A stretch of DNA of 64,000 nt from an uncultured Candidatus Saccharibacteria bacterium. Its GTDB lineage: Bacteria > Patescibacteriota > Minisyncoccia > Ryanbacterales > GWA2-47-10b. The position numbers and the translations under genes are program-made. Positions 38,917 through 47,301 of the stretch are shown one piece after another. The stretch covers positions 663 to 64,662 of the forward strand of contig CAYHJF010000004.1 in NCBI GenBank assembly GCA_964356915.1. Reading direction: 5' to 3'. How positions within the stretch are numbered: the stretch's first letter is position 1; each line of letters starts with the position of its first letter. The notes beneath the pieces were generated by a model that was not told the DNA's origin, did not search any database, and worked only from the letters and a program-made list of their open reading frames with translations.

Positions 38917-41475
38917 CTAACGCGAAAAGTATTTTGAGAGTGCTTGCTTATCACGAGCAAGCCAGAGAACACGAGCCTGTATCCGTTCGACGGTCTGCTC
39001 CACTGCCCTATCAGCACCAGGTGCAGAATGTTTTTTGAAAAATATAGAAATTTCTTTTGCCTCACGCGCTAAAGTTAGGGCGCCAAGTGACTGCACAAGA
39101 TAAGCAATCGCATGACTACCAGCATAACGCTCAAGAAATACTGGCCAGTGTTTTTTGATAAAACGCCACCCAATATCTCCACCAAAAGGATTCGTAACAA
39201 CTCCTGCGATTATACCAACTGCATCCTGAAGGCGAACGTGCTTGGTCATAGCAAAATCAAGCGTTTGCTGTAATAGTTTCTCATTTTCAAAACTGGTCAG
39301 TGCGCCGCCAATACGATTTTTTTCTTCGTGGAGTGTCGCGGCCTTATACATCTCAAGCATTTTTTTATATTCTTTAACCCCTCCATACTTGGCAACAGTC
39401 TGATATACAACGCCACGAAGATCGGGATGTATGGTATTTTTCTTTGCGGTCGCATGATCAAAAAGTTTACGTGCATGAGTAATTATCGCTTGATCACCGT
39501 ATGCCGCAGCATTCGCAAGGATGAGACTGCGAAGAAGAGTCTCTGTATGGTTTTCTTTCTTTTTTTTGTTCCACCCTACTTTTTTTGTGCTTGGAGCAAA
39601 TAACGCGCAAGCAAACTTTTTGTATTCACTCGCAAAAGATTCTTTAGCAATTAACAAATAAACCCTCCCGAGACCGGAGGCAAGTTGCCGCCAGACGGTA
39701 TAATCATCTTCTTTCTTATAGCTTTGAATGAACTCAAGCGCAGCAATAATATCTGCCTCCCCTGCCTCTGCAAGCGCAACTGCATCGCGCACCAAACCGA
39801 GGCGATCTGAAGCGGGCAGTTTTTTCTGTTCGATATCTCTATGAAATGCTTGCCACATTTCAGCTGGATATTTGGTCCGGAAGAATCCTGACTCAAGAAA
39901 ATTTGCCTTGAAATGTGGTCCGACGAAAGAAAGCGGCAATTGCTTTGTCTTCGTATCAAACATAATTTTCTTCGAAGATTTTTGACCCTTCAACTCTACC
40001 GGAATATGCCAGACGGTTGTATTCTTTGCTCCCTTCTTAGAATGCGGGTGTAGAAAAAAACGAGATTGTGAAAGCACGAGCTGCTGTCCTTTTTTCTCAA
40101 TCGTAACAAGCGGATAACCGGGCATTCTCGTCCAATGTCTCATGATCTTGCGAACAGGCTTCTTCGATACCTTCTCAAACGAATCCCAGAGATGTTCCGT
40201 GGAAGTATTGGTATAGCTGTATTTTTTTAAGTAGTAGCGGAGGCCGTCGCGAAAATCCTTCTCGCCAAGGTATCGCGCGAGCATACGGATAATACTCGCT
40301 CCCTTTGAGTAGCTTACTGCATCGAATATTTCGCTAATCTGATCAGGATGATGTACATCAATCTCAATTGGATGAGTATTCTTGAGCGCATCGAGACGAA
40401 GCGCCTCACCAAGATCGAGAAAGATAAACTGCGTCCAAATATCCCACTTTGGGAATAAATGGTCGACTGCTAAGTATTCAATGTATGAAGCGAAGCCTTC
40501 GTTGAGCCACAAATGTGTCCACCACTCCATAGTCACAAGATTGCCAAACCACTGGTGAGAGAGCTCATGCGCAATGACAAGTGCTACCCACTGTTTGCTC
40601 ATAGCAGATGAGTGTTCAGGATCGATCAACAGTGCAGACTCCCGATAAGTAATAGCGCCCCAATTTTCCATAGCCCCTGAAGCAAAATCCGGAATCGCGA
40701 TCAGATCGAGCACCGGCAAAGGATAGGCAATATCAAAATATGTAGTAAAAAAAGAAAGTGTACGCGTAGCACACTCAAGCGCAAATTGTGCCTGATGTTT
40801 TTTGCCGGGCGTCGTAAAGACACGTACGAGCACGCCTTCTCGCGTCTTCTTTTCAACATATTCAAAATCTCCAACAATAAACGCGAGGAGATAGGTCGAC
40901 ATCTTAGGAGTCGGAGCAAACTGCACTGTTTTGTAACCACTCTGATGCTCGATAATTTCAACCGGCATCGTATTTGAAATCGCAGTGCTTCCTTGTGGAA
41001 CTACAAGTCGCACTTCAAATGTTGCCTTTTGCGCCGGCTCATCAAAACACGGAAATGCACGACGCGCATCGGTAGACTCGAATTGCGTCGTTGCTAAATA
41101 CCGCTTCTTCCCATCGACCTCATAACTACTTCGATAGAAACCGTGCATTTTGTCATTGAGCAGACCACGAAACACCAGACGAAGTTTTATCTTCCCTTTT
41201 GTAAGTTTATGAGGAAAGAGAAATGTTGCCGTCTCTTTTTTGGAATCCTGTATAATCTTATGCGCGAGCACATCAAGCCCCGGCTGGACAATCTGAGCGC
41301 TCTCAATATCGAGATCTTTTGAGTGAAGCGTGATTCTATCAACAGTCTTCTCTACGCGTAGATCTATGATCTCCTCTCCTTCAAACACAAATGCCTCAAG
41401 ATCCGGTTTGAGTGTGAGCGTATAGTGCTCGGGTTGTACGTGCGTTTCGAGTCGAACTGTTTGTCTTTTTTTCAT
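38917..41475 (-). CDS. pepN: M1 family aminopeptidase (PepN/ERAP1-type)
   Basis: TQFESTDARRAFPCFDEP, GAMENWG, HELSH-x18-E (WLNEGFA), YSKGAS. Confidence 0.93.
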   Translation of the reverse strand: MKKRQTVRLETHVQPEHYTLTLKPDLEAFVFEGEEIIDLRVEKTVDRITLHSKDLDIESAQIVQPGLDVLAHKIIQDSKKETATFLFPHKLTKGKIKLRLVFRGLLNDKMHGFYRSSYEVDGKKRYLATTQFESTDARRAFPCFDEPAQKATFEVRLVVPQGSTAISNTMPVEIIEHQSGYKTVQFAPTPKMSTYLLAFIVGDFEYVEKKTREGVLVRVFTTPGKKHQAQFALECATRTLSFFTTYFDIAYPLPVLDLIAIPDFASGAMENWGAITYRESALLIDPEHSSAMSKQWVALVIAHELSHQWFGNLVTMEWWTHLWLNEGFASYIEYLAVDHLFPKWDIWTQFIFLDLGEALRLDALKNTHPIEIDVHHPDQISEIFDAVSYSKGASIIRMLARYLGEKDFRDGLRYYLKKYSYTNTSTEHLWDSFEKVSKKPVRKIMRHWTRMPGYPLVTIEKKGQQLVLSQSRFFLHPHSKKGAKNTTVWHIPVELKGQKSSKKIMFDTKTKQLPLSFVGPHFKANFLESGFFRTKYPAEMWQAFHRDIEQKKLPASDRLGLVRDAVALAEAGEADIIAALEFIQSYKKEDDYTVWRQLASGLGRVYLLIAKESFASEYKKFACALFAPSTKKVGWNKKKKENHTETLLRSLILANAAAYGDQAIITHARKLFDHATAKKNTIHPDLRGVVYQTVAKYGGVKEYKKMLEMYKAATLHEEKNRIGGALTSFENEKLLQQTLDFAMTKHVRLQDAVGIIAGVVTNPFGGDIGWRFIKKHWPVFLERYAGSHAIAYLVQSLGALTLAREAKEISIFFKKHSAPGADRAVEQTVERIQARVLWLARDKQALSKYFSR

Positions 41476-41555
41476 AGAGTAGATTCTGCGCAAAGATATT
41501 TCTTTCAATCAGTATACTATCTTAACCGACGCGTCTCGAGTACCTAGAAGATTTA

Positions 41556-41906
41556 TTATTTCCGTAAAATCTTCTCCATCAGTCTCCCCTTTGCTAGCTC
41601 ATCGATCAGTTTATCCAAATAGCGGATTTCTCGCATAAGCGGTTCTTTGATTTCTTCTAATCTCACGCCGCAAATCACACCCTGAATCAAAGCTCGAGAA
41701 GGATTCAGCTTAGGAGCTTCCGCAAAGAAAGTCTCAAAGTCTGTCTTCTTTTTCAGTTGGGCTTCTAACTTTTTCTGACTATACCCTGTTAGCCAATGAA
41801 TGGCTTCGTCAACTTCTGCTTTTGTACGTCCTTTCTTCTTTACCTTAGTAATATAAAGCGGATAGACACCTGCAAAGCTCATTGTATAAATCCGATGTTT
41901 TTCCAT
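41556..41906 (-). CDS. DUF2200 family protein
   Basis: [41 protein letters not shown]. Confidence 0.9.
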   Translation of the reverse strand: MEKHRIYTMSFAGVYPLYITKVKKKGRTKAEVDEAIHWLTGYSQKKLEAQLKKKTDFETFFAEAPKLNPSRALIQGVICGVRLEEIKEPLMREIRYLDKLIDELAKGRLMEKILRK

Positions 41907-41917
41907 AATATCTACTC

Positions 41918-42121
41918 TTATTTCTTGTACTCCAAAATATCTCCGGGCTGACATTGAAGCGCCTTACAAATTGCTTCCAATGTTGAGAATCGAATCGCTT
42001 TTGCCTTGCTGTTTTTTAAGACTGAAATGTTGGCCATCGTGATGCCAACTTTCTCGGCAAGATCGGTGACGCTCATTTTCCGCTTCGCCAACATAACATC
42101 GATGTTTATGATAATTGCCAT
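41918..42121 (-). CDS. Cro/CI-type HTH regulator (YozG-like)
   Basis: [50 protein letters not shown]. Confidence 0.92.
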   Translation of the reverse strand: MAIIINIDVMLAKRKMSVTDLAEKVGITMANISVLKNSKAKAIRFSTLEAICKALQCQPGDILEYKK

Positions 42122-42125
42122 AGCA

Positions 42126-42605
42126 TTAAACGGTTAAGTCATTCTCAGACTTTATATCAACAGCACTTTGTAACGTCCTTTCAAACACGGCTGCGGCAGT
42201 GGCAATGACGGCAGAAATAAAAGTAGCCAAAATACCTATAGCGATAAAACCTGCTGGATCATCATCCATATTATGAGACGTCCTTATATACAGTACCGCC
42301 ATTACAATCGAGATACCCAATATAATTGCGCAATACTTTATAGTCCTTAAATTTTTCACGGAGCTTAGTGAGAATACTTTATTTTGCCCGATGTATCCGA
42401 GTAACTTAAATGCCTGATACAGCGCAACAAAAAATGCGATAGATACTACGTATCCATATATGATGAACGGATCAGAATAAATACTAAATAGGTCTAAGTT
42501 TACAGCCCTCCCCTCAGTCAAAGGAAACCGAATCATAATGGCCAGCGCCACGATACCGATGAGCACAATGACTACTTGAAGAAATATTGTTGAGCTTCTT
42601 TTCAT
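42126..42605 (-). CDS. DUF2975 family membrane protein
   Basis: ALYQAFKLLGYI..VFS..LRTIKYC; C-terminal AVDIKSENDLTV; adjacent to the YozG-like HTH gene. Confidence 0.9.
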   Translation of the reverse strand: MKRSSTIFLQVVIVLIGIVALAIMIRFPLTEGRAVNLDLFSIYSDPFIIYGYVVSIAFFVALYQAFKLLGYIGQNKVFSLSSVKNLRTIKYCAIILGISIVMAVLYIRTSHNMDDDPAGFIAIGILATFISAVIATAAAVFERTLQSAVDIKSENDLTV

Positions 42606-42644
42606 GGTTAGTTCTTACAAAAGATTAATCTCCTTTATATTTCC

Positions 42645-42700
42645 ATCCTAGTTTAGTACTTATCGTTTGTCAATATGTATTTATCGTTATTTATTGATAA
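42645..42700 (-). promoter_or_regulatory. Sigma70 promoter with overlapping TTATCG-type imperfect palindromes (probable YozG-like operator)
   Basis: TTGACA (42673-42668), 17 bp, TAGGAT (42650-42645); ttatcg-N5-caata and ttatcg-N8-tgataa. Confidence 0.6.
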
Positions 42701-42751
42701 ATAACTGGGAAGATGCCAGAACCTTTTTAGGCTACCTAGTGGTAAAAGCAC

Positions 42752-43909
42752 CTAACTAATGTGTTTGACCGCCTCCATTTCCTTGGCTAAAACTTGTCTA
42801 TCTTGAACATCCCCTTTTTGCTTCACTAACATCCATACGGCAAACAATGTAGAAATGGGTACTGCTAAAACTAAACCGATACTTCCAATCATGGTACGTA
42901 TAATCTCTGTAGCAAAAATCTCTTTATTTAAAGTCAAACTGAAATTAGCTTTAGAGGAATAAAAAAGGAGTAAAAGAGGTAAAGACGCTCCAACATACGC
43001 GATCGCAAGCGTATTTACCAACGCACCAATATGCTCTCTACCAATACGTATCGCTCTTTTGTAAATTGTACCTTTCGGTAGATGCGGACCAGCACGGCGT
43101 AATTCTTCCACCGAGATCGCTTGACCTATAGCAACGTCATAGAGAACTCCGAGAAGACCAATCATAATACCGCCGAGTAGTAACCCTGAGAAATCAATAG
43201 TACCGCCCGTATCAAAATTCAGATAAACCGATTCCTCAGATTCAAAACCGCTTAACCGTGTATATTTTACCGCAGCATAAGCAAGAAAACCCGTAAAAAC
43301 GATAGTCACAACCATCCCGAGTACTGCTGCAGTTGTTGTCTTATTAAATCCATGGGTAATATATGATCCGATGACAATGATAATCGATGAAACCCCGATA
43401 CTTACCAATATAGGAGAGTAACCATGGAGAACAGCAGGCAATAATATGTACATTATAAAAAACAGACTACCTATAAGCGAAAGGAGCCCCCGTATACCCT
43501 GTATACCTCCGAATATAAGAATACTGAGAACAAACAAACCAATAAAAAAATAAAGAGCTGGTAATCTGTATAGCTCGGAAACCGCATATTGATCTCGTCC
43601 GTCTACAGAATTTTTAGTATGCAGGAGATAGAAGATCTCTCCTTTCTGTAAGTTTTGATAATCATTATCAAGAATTGCCTCTTTACCCTTTTCTTCGCCC
43701 TCAAGAATCTTAACCCGAAGTGTTTGGTATTCTGTTTGCACATCCAGTCCTGGGATATCTCTCTTTTCCTGTTTCAATATCTCAAGAACCTCTGCCTTTG
43801 ATACAGAATGTTCATCCACCACTAACTCTTGGGCATACGCTCTCGTGAAAACAAAAAAGCTTCCTAATAAGAAAACTCCTGTAACAAAAAGTATTTTTAA
43901 TGATCTCAT
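42752..43909 (-). CDS. YibE/F family membrane protein
   Basis: GLLGVLYDVAIGQ, IGREHIGALVNTLAIAYVGASLP, EIIRTMIGSIGLVLAVP. Confidence 0.92.
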   Translation of the reverse strand: MRSLKILFVTGVFLLGSFFVFTRAYAQELVVDEHSVSKAEVLEILKQEKRDIPGLDVQTEYQTLRVKILEGEEKGKEAILDNDYQNLQKGEIFYLLHTKNSVDGRDQYAVSELYRLPALYFFIGLFVLSILIFGGIQGIRGLLSLIGSLFFIMYILLPAVLHGYSPILVSIGVSSIIIVIGSYITHGFNKTTTAAVLGMVVTIVFTGFLAYAAVKYTRLSGFESEESVYLNFDTGGTIDFSGLLLGGIMIGLLGVLYDVAIGQAISVEELRRAGPHLPKGTIYKRAIRIGREHIGALVNTLAIAYVGASLPLLLLFYSSKANFSLTLNKEIFATEIIRTMIGSIGLVLAVPISTLFAVWMLVKQKGDVQDRQVLAKEMEAVKHIS

Positions 43910-44337
43910 TAATTCAAGCATTTATCGCAAAGCCCAAAAAACTCAAGTGAGTGCCGTTCAATCTTACTAAACCTTTTGGATTTTCGTAAAACGCTTTTTT
44001 CCATTGAATCTATATCACAATCTTCAACGTCCTCTACAGCGCCACATTTAATACAAATAAGATGGTGATGATCTCCATCAGCATCTGTAAGTTCATAATG
44101 CGGATGGCTGTGCTGAAAATCAATTTGACGAATGATCTTACTCTCCTTAAGAGCCTTTAAAATACGGTACGTTGTTGCCTGATCAGCATACTTTAATACG
44201 CGGTCAACAATTGTCTGTGGACTCAAAGGCTTTTTTGTAGTTTGGAGCAACTTCAAAATCAACAGGCGTGCAGGTGTCGCCTTATATCCTGCTTTATGTA
44301 ATACAGCTCGAAAATCAATGGTGGGTTGCACTGCCAT
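43909..44337 (-). CDS. Fur-family metalloregulator (Fur/Zur/PerR clade unresolved)
   Basis: GYKATPARLLIL, ATTYRIL, HHHLICIKCG, FFGLCDKC. Confidence 0.93.
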   Translation of the reverse strand: MAVQPTIDFRAVLHKAGYKATPARLLILKLLQTTKKPLSPQTIVDRVLKYADQATTYRILKALKESKIIRQIDFQHSHPHYELTDADGDHHHLICIKCGAVEDVEDCDIDSMEKSVLRKSKRFSKIERHSLEFFGLCDKCLN

Positions 44338-44354
44338 ATGTTCAGTATATATAA

Positions 44355-44370
44355 ATGCGAATTACTTGCA
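44355..44370. promoter_or_regulatory. Putative Fur-family operator 1
   Basis: ATGCGAATTACTTGCA, imperfect palindrome just upstream of the regulator's TATACT -10. Confidence 0.65.
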
Positions 44371-44412
44371 AATAATTTGACTACAATTCAACTGGTACTG
44401 TACTGTACTATT

Positions 44413-44435
44413 TAGATGCGAATTTCTTGCATCTA
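44413..44435. promoter_or_regulatory. Putative Fur-family operator 2
   Basis: TAGATGC-GAATTTCTT-GCATCTA; core is 15/16 identical to operator 1. Confidence 0.65.
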
Positions 44436-44450
44436 GAACAGGAGCGAACA

Positions 44451-44717
44451 ATGTCAGCACCTTGTGAATCGTGCCCGTGCGACTGCACGCAATGCGCATG
44501 GGACCATGCAGCAGCGATACCCGCAAACACCTCGAAAGCACTCCGCGTCATCCGTACCCCAGCCGAGTACGGGTGCGTACGGGCGGGGGCAGCGATCGTG
44601 GTGGACAGTGACCGAACGCCCTTCATGCAAATGGGCGAAAGACTCTTCCCACTCTCCCCTCTCTACGGGAAGGTGATCGCAAGCACTCAGCTCGAGCGCG
44701 ACATCGCAGCCGCGTGA
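44451..44717 (+). CDS. Small GC-rich protein with a metallothionein-like Cys cluster
   Basis: SD CAGGAG; MSAPCESCPCDCTQCAWDH; strong hairpin right after the stop. Confidence 0.6.
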   Translation: MSAPCESCPCDCTQCAWDHAAAIPANTSKALRVIRTPAEYGCVRAGAAIVVDSDRTPFMQMGERLFPLSPLYGKVIASTQLERDIAAA

Positions 44718-44726
44718 ACAACCTTG

Positions 44727-44777
44727 ACTGGCGTCTCGGCCCTAACCGCCGAGGCGCCAGTCCTCACTTCTTTTTTT
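44727..44777 (+). terminator. Hairpin, probable terminator
   Basis: ACTGGCGTCTCGGC-N7-GCCGAGGCGCCAGT then a pyrimidine/T tract. Confidence 0.65.
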
Positions 44778-45194
44778 ATGATCTATACTTTAATACTTCT
44801 TTCTATAGCAGTAGCTGGCGTAGCCATGCTTTGGGGACGATTACTCAAAGATTCTTTGTGGTTACAAAGAAACCTCCAAAAGAAAATTCCTGGAGTTTTT
44901 TATCATGCGCTTGAATGCCCATTTTGTTTTACCTTTTGGGCAGCTCTTTTTGCATGCCTTCTATTTGATCCAATACCTCAAATATTGTCGCTACGCATCA
45001 CGCTGCCCTCACAGATAGTTTCAGTTCTGTATATTCTATTGAGCTGGATGACCACGGGAGTTGTTGCATTAGGTATTCGTACATTAACCGAATATCCATT
45101 TCGTATTGGTAATATCCTTCTTTGCATACTAAAAAAACATCCTCTTCATCATCATGAGGAAACTCACACAAATCAAAAGACAAAGGCCCTTTAG
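44778..45194 (+). CDS. DUF1360-like membrane protein with CxxC
   Basis: 3 TM; LECPFCFTFW; His-rich tail HPLHHHEETH. Confidence 0.6.
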   Translation: MIYTLILLSIAVAGVAMLWGRLLKDSLWLQRNLQKKIPGVFYHALECPFCFTFWAALFACLLFDPIPQILSLRITLPSQIVSVLYILLSWMTTGVVALGIRTLTEYPFRIGNILLCILKKHPLHHHEETHTNQKTKAL

Positions 45195-45236
45195 AACTCG
45201 ACCCTGTGACGCGAGAGAGCTATTACGATCAACGCC

Positions 45237-45271
45237 CAAAAACAGAACCATGTAAAATGGTTCTGTTTTTG
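45237..45271. terminator. Bidirectional terminator
   Basis: CAAAAACAGAACCAT-gtaaa-ATGGTTCTGTTTTTG between convergent genes. Confidence 0.8.
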
Positions 45272-45297
45272 GCATGCTTGTCGTCTCTAACAATCAA

Positions 45298-45633
45298 CTA
45301 CATCGGGCGCGCTTCCATGATCTCGATGGTCGCGCCAGGAATACCAAAATGTGGGTGGCCCTTGAAAAGCTCCGCCACTGCTTCAGCAGATTCACCTTGG
45401 ACATACGAAGACAACATCATATCGTTTCTTACATCTTCGACGCCTGACGCACTCACGCGCTTTGTCTTTCCCAGAGCAATGCTGTTGAGAACCGCACCTG
45501 CGTGCGCTGCCGTCCATGCATCCCACTCTGTTTTCATTTTTGCCTCTGCATCTTTACGCTCGGCTTCCGGCTTCTTCATCCACTCTTCCATAGCCGCTGC
45601 CGGTGCCATATATATAACGGTAAAATTTTTCAT
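45298..45633 (-). CDS. YCII-related small protein
   Basis: MKNFTVIY..EWDAW..LGKTKRVS..YVQGESAEAVAELFKGHPH..IEIME. Confidence 0.65.
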   Translation of the reverse strand: MKNFTVIYMAPAAAMEEWMKKPEAERKDAEAKMKTEWDAWTAAHAGAVLNSIALGKTKRVSASGVEDVRNDMMLSSYVQGESAEAVAELFKGHPHFGIPGATIEIMEARPM

Positions 45634-45674
45634 ATGCTCGCAGTGTACCCCATTGCGAGGTTCACCGTCTACAA

Positions 45675-45717
45675 CAACCAAAAACCGAATCATACAAGAT
45701 GACTCGGTTTTTAGTTG
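45675..45717. terminator. Terminator-like hairpin
   Basis: AAAAACCGAATCAT-acaag-ATGACTCGGTTTTT (G:U pair on the minus strand). Confidence 0.7.
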
Positions 45718-45830
45718 TACTAGCCCTTACCGATCTCGTACATTTACCCATTAAGTCCCCCCAAGGCTTTTTTGATTACTTTTATTCTACCACTTTGATG
45801 CTCCTCGGAATAAGCCTTTTCAAGCTTTTG

Positions 45831-46100
45831 CTAATCGCGACAATAAGAACGTACTGCAGAATCCTTTGCCGGTTTACAAGTAATGTTATTTGGGTCTGTG
45901 CGTGAGTCGCAAAGCCAATTACCCATTTCATTCGCACTTTCACAGTCAATCATATTCTGATAACGAGCAGATACAAAACAGTCGTTATAACCCATTGAAC
46001 AAATTACACCTTCAACAGGAAACTTTGCATTTTCGTACCAAAAATAACATGTACCCAGAACAAGTATTATAATTATACCAATTAAATATTTGTTATTCAT
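45831..46100 (-). CDS. Small membrane-anchored Cys-rich protein
   Basis: TM followed by 6 Cys in about 55 aa; TATAAT 6 nt before ATG. Confidence 0.7.
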   Translation of the reverse strand: MNNKYLIGIIIILVLGTCYFWYENAKFPVEGVICSMGYNDCFVSARYQNMIDCESANEMGNWLCDSRTDPNNITCKPAKDSAVRSYCRD

Positions 46101-46170
46101 CTGATAATTATATTCTAATAAAGCTTGATGCGAAGCTATACGCTTCTTAGAGTCCGAACCTATCTCAAAC

Positions 46171-46244
46171 TGGCTGCCAGACTAGGATTCGAACCTAGAT
46201 TCACGGCTTCAAAGGCCGCTGTCCTACCATTAGACGATCTGGCA
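46171..46244 (-). tRNA. tRNA-Gln(TTG)
   Basis: Acceptor TGCCAGA/TCTGGCA-G-CCA; anticodon arm GCGGC-CTTTGAA-GCCGT; T arm CTAGG-TTCGAAT-CCTAG. Confidence 0.95.
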
Positions 46245-46388
46245 ATAATACTTCTGTAGACAGCGGCCTTTACGGCCACTATCCCGCGCCCCATCGGCGC
46301 GGCCGAGGAAATGTTCTTCGCTCGCCCGCTCGCTACATTTCCTGTAAGAGCAACCCCATTGCTCTTACACATTAGACGATCTGGCAAT
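46228..46388 (-). repeat. 19 bp direct repeat of the tRNA-Gln 5' end flanking a 123 bp four-hairpin insert
   Basis: cattagacgatctggcaat at 46228-46246 and 46370-46388. Confidence 0.85.
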
Positions 46389-46464
46389 GAAAACAAACGT
46401 GCTGACATTCTAGCGTAAAGCAACACTTTTTTGAAGTAAATAAAAAAGGCGCGGGATGCGCCCT

Positions 46465-47166
46465 CTAATTACCGATTGCTCGTGCAAATGCCTTTACACG
46501 CTTAGCATCCAACTGATGAAATGACTTGCCGATACCCGTTGCTACAAGGAAACAATTTGCATACTCGAGATAAGGGCCTACATTTTCGGGAGTCATGCCA
46601 CTCGCAATCGCGAGCGGAGATGTACCTATCGCTAAACGCATCATTTGAATTTTTTCTATCGAAGGAGCTTTGCCAGTCGCATCCCCACTCGTTGTCACAA
46701 CATCCATATATGGAACAGCAGCTCGGGCTACAGTCCCCAGATTCTGCACGGGCTCTTGGCCTTTGAAGGCAACTCCGCCAAAGTAGAGTCCCTTCCAATC
46801 ACGACGAGCCTTACGTGCTCGCCACGTAGCACTTGCCTCATAGGCAGGAAAATCTTCCGCTTCATCAATACCCGCATTATCATGCCAAAGACCCGATATA
46901 TTGGTTGGTAATTTCAATATTGCATCCGTTGGCGAAATGCCCAGAAAATTGAGCCCGACCCAAAATTCCGAACATGCAAACTGCACGGCATGAGAAATTT
47001 CCCATAACCGCTGAGGCGATCGAGCTCCATGGTCAATGAGAAAAACACCATTCGCCCCATGATCCCGCGCGAGACGTGCATTGAGAATCGCTTGATCTGT
47101 ATTAAGTACATGAATAACCGCAAGGAATGTATGAGGTTTCGGGAATACTTTCCCATAAGCCGGCAT
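46465..47166 (-). CDS. BtpA/SgcQ-family TIM-barrel protein
   Basis: FLAVIHV, WVGLNFL, YFGGVAFK, DVVTTSGDATGKAP, LAIASGMTPENV, FLVATGI. Confidence 0.8.
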   Translation of the reverse strand: MPAYGKVFPKPHTFLAVIHVLNTDQAILNARLARDHGANGVFLIDHGARSPQRLWEISHAVQFACSEFWVGLNFLGISPTDAILKLPTNISGLWHDNAGIDEAEDFPAYEASATWRARKARRDWKGLYFGGVAFKGQEPVQNLGTVARAAVPYMDVVTTSGDATGKAPSIEKIQMMRLAIGTSPLAIASGMTPENVGPYLEYANCFLVATGIGKSFHQLDAKRVKAFARAIGN

Positions 47167-47301
47167 CGTACGACCACCTTCTATCGTTCTTATAGCACGG
47201 AGTTTGTAGGCCGTGAAGATGATGTATCACATCTTTTTACACTCATACGATATGCACCAAAACCCCACTTTCATAAGCTTAAACTCATCTATAATAAATA
47301 T

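Noticed and set aside
46171-46388. Prophage/ICE attachment site at tRNA-Gln
   Set aside because: The repeats are only 142 bp apart, duplicate the 5' end, and no integrase or phage genes are in the window
46160-46426. 88 aa ORF across the tRNA locus
   Set aside because: Overlaps tRNA-Gln and the hairpin insert; no protein-like features
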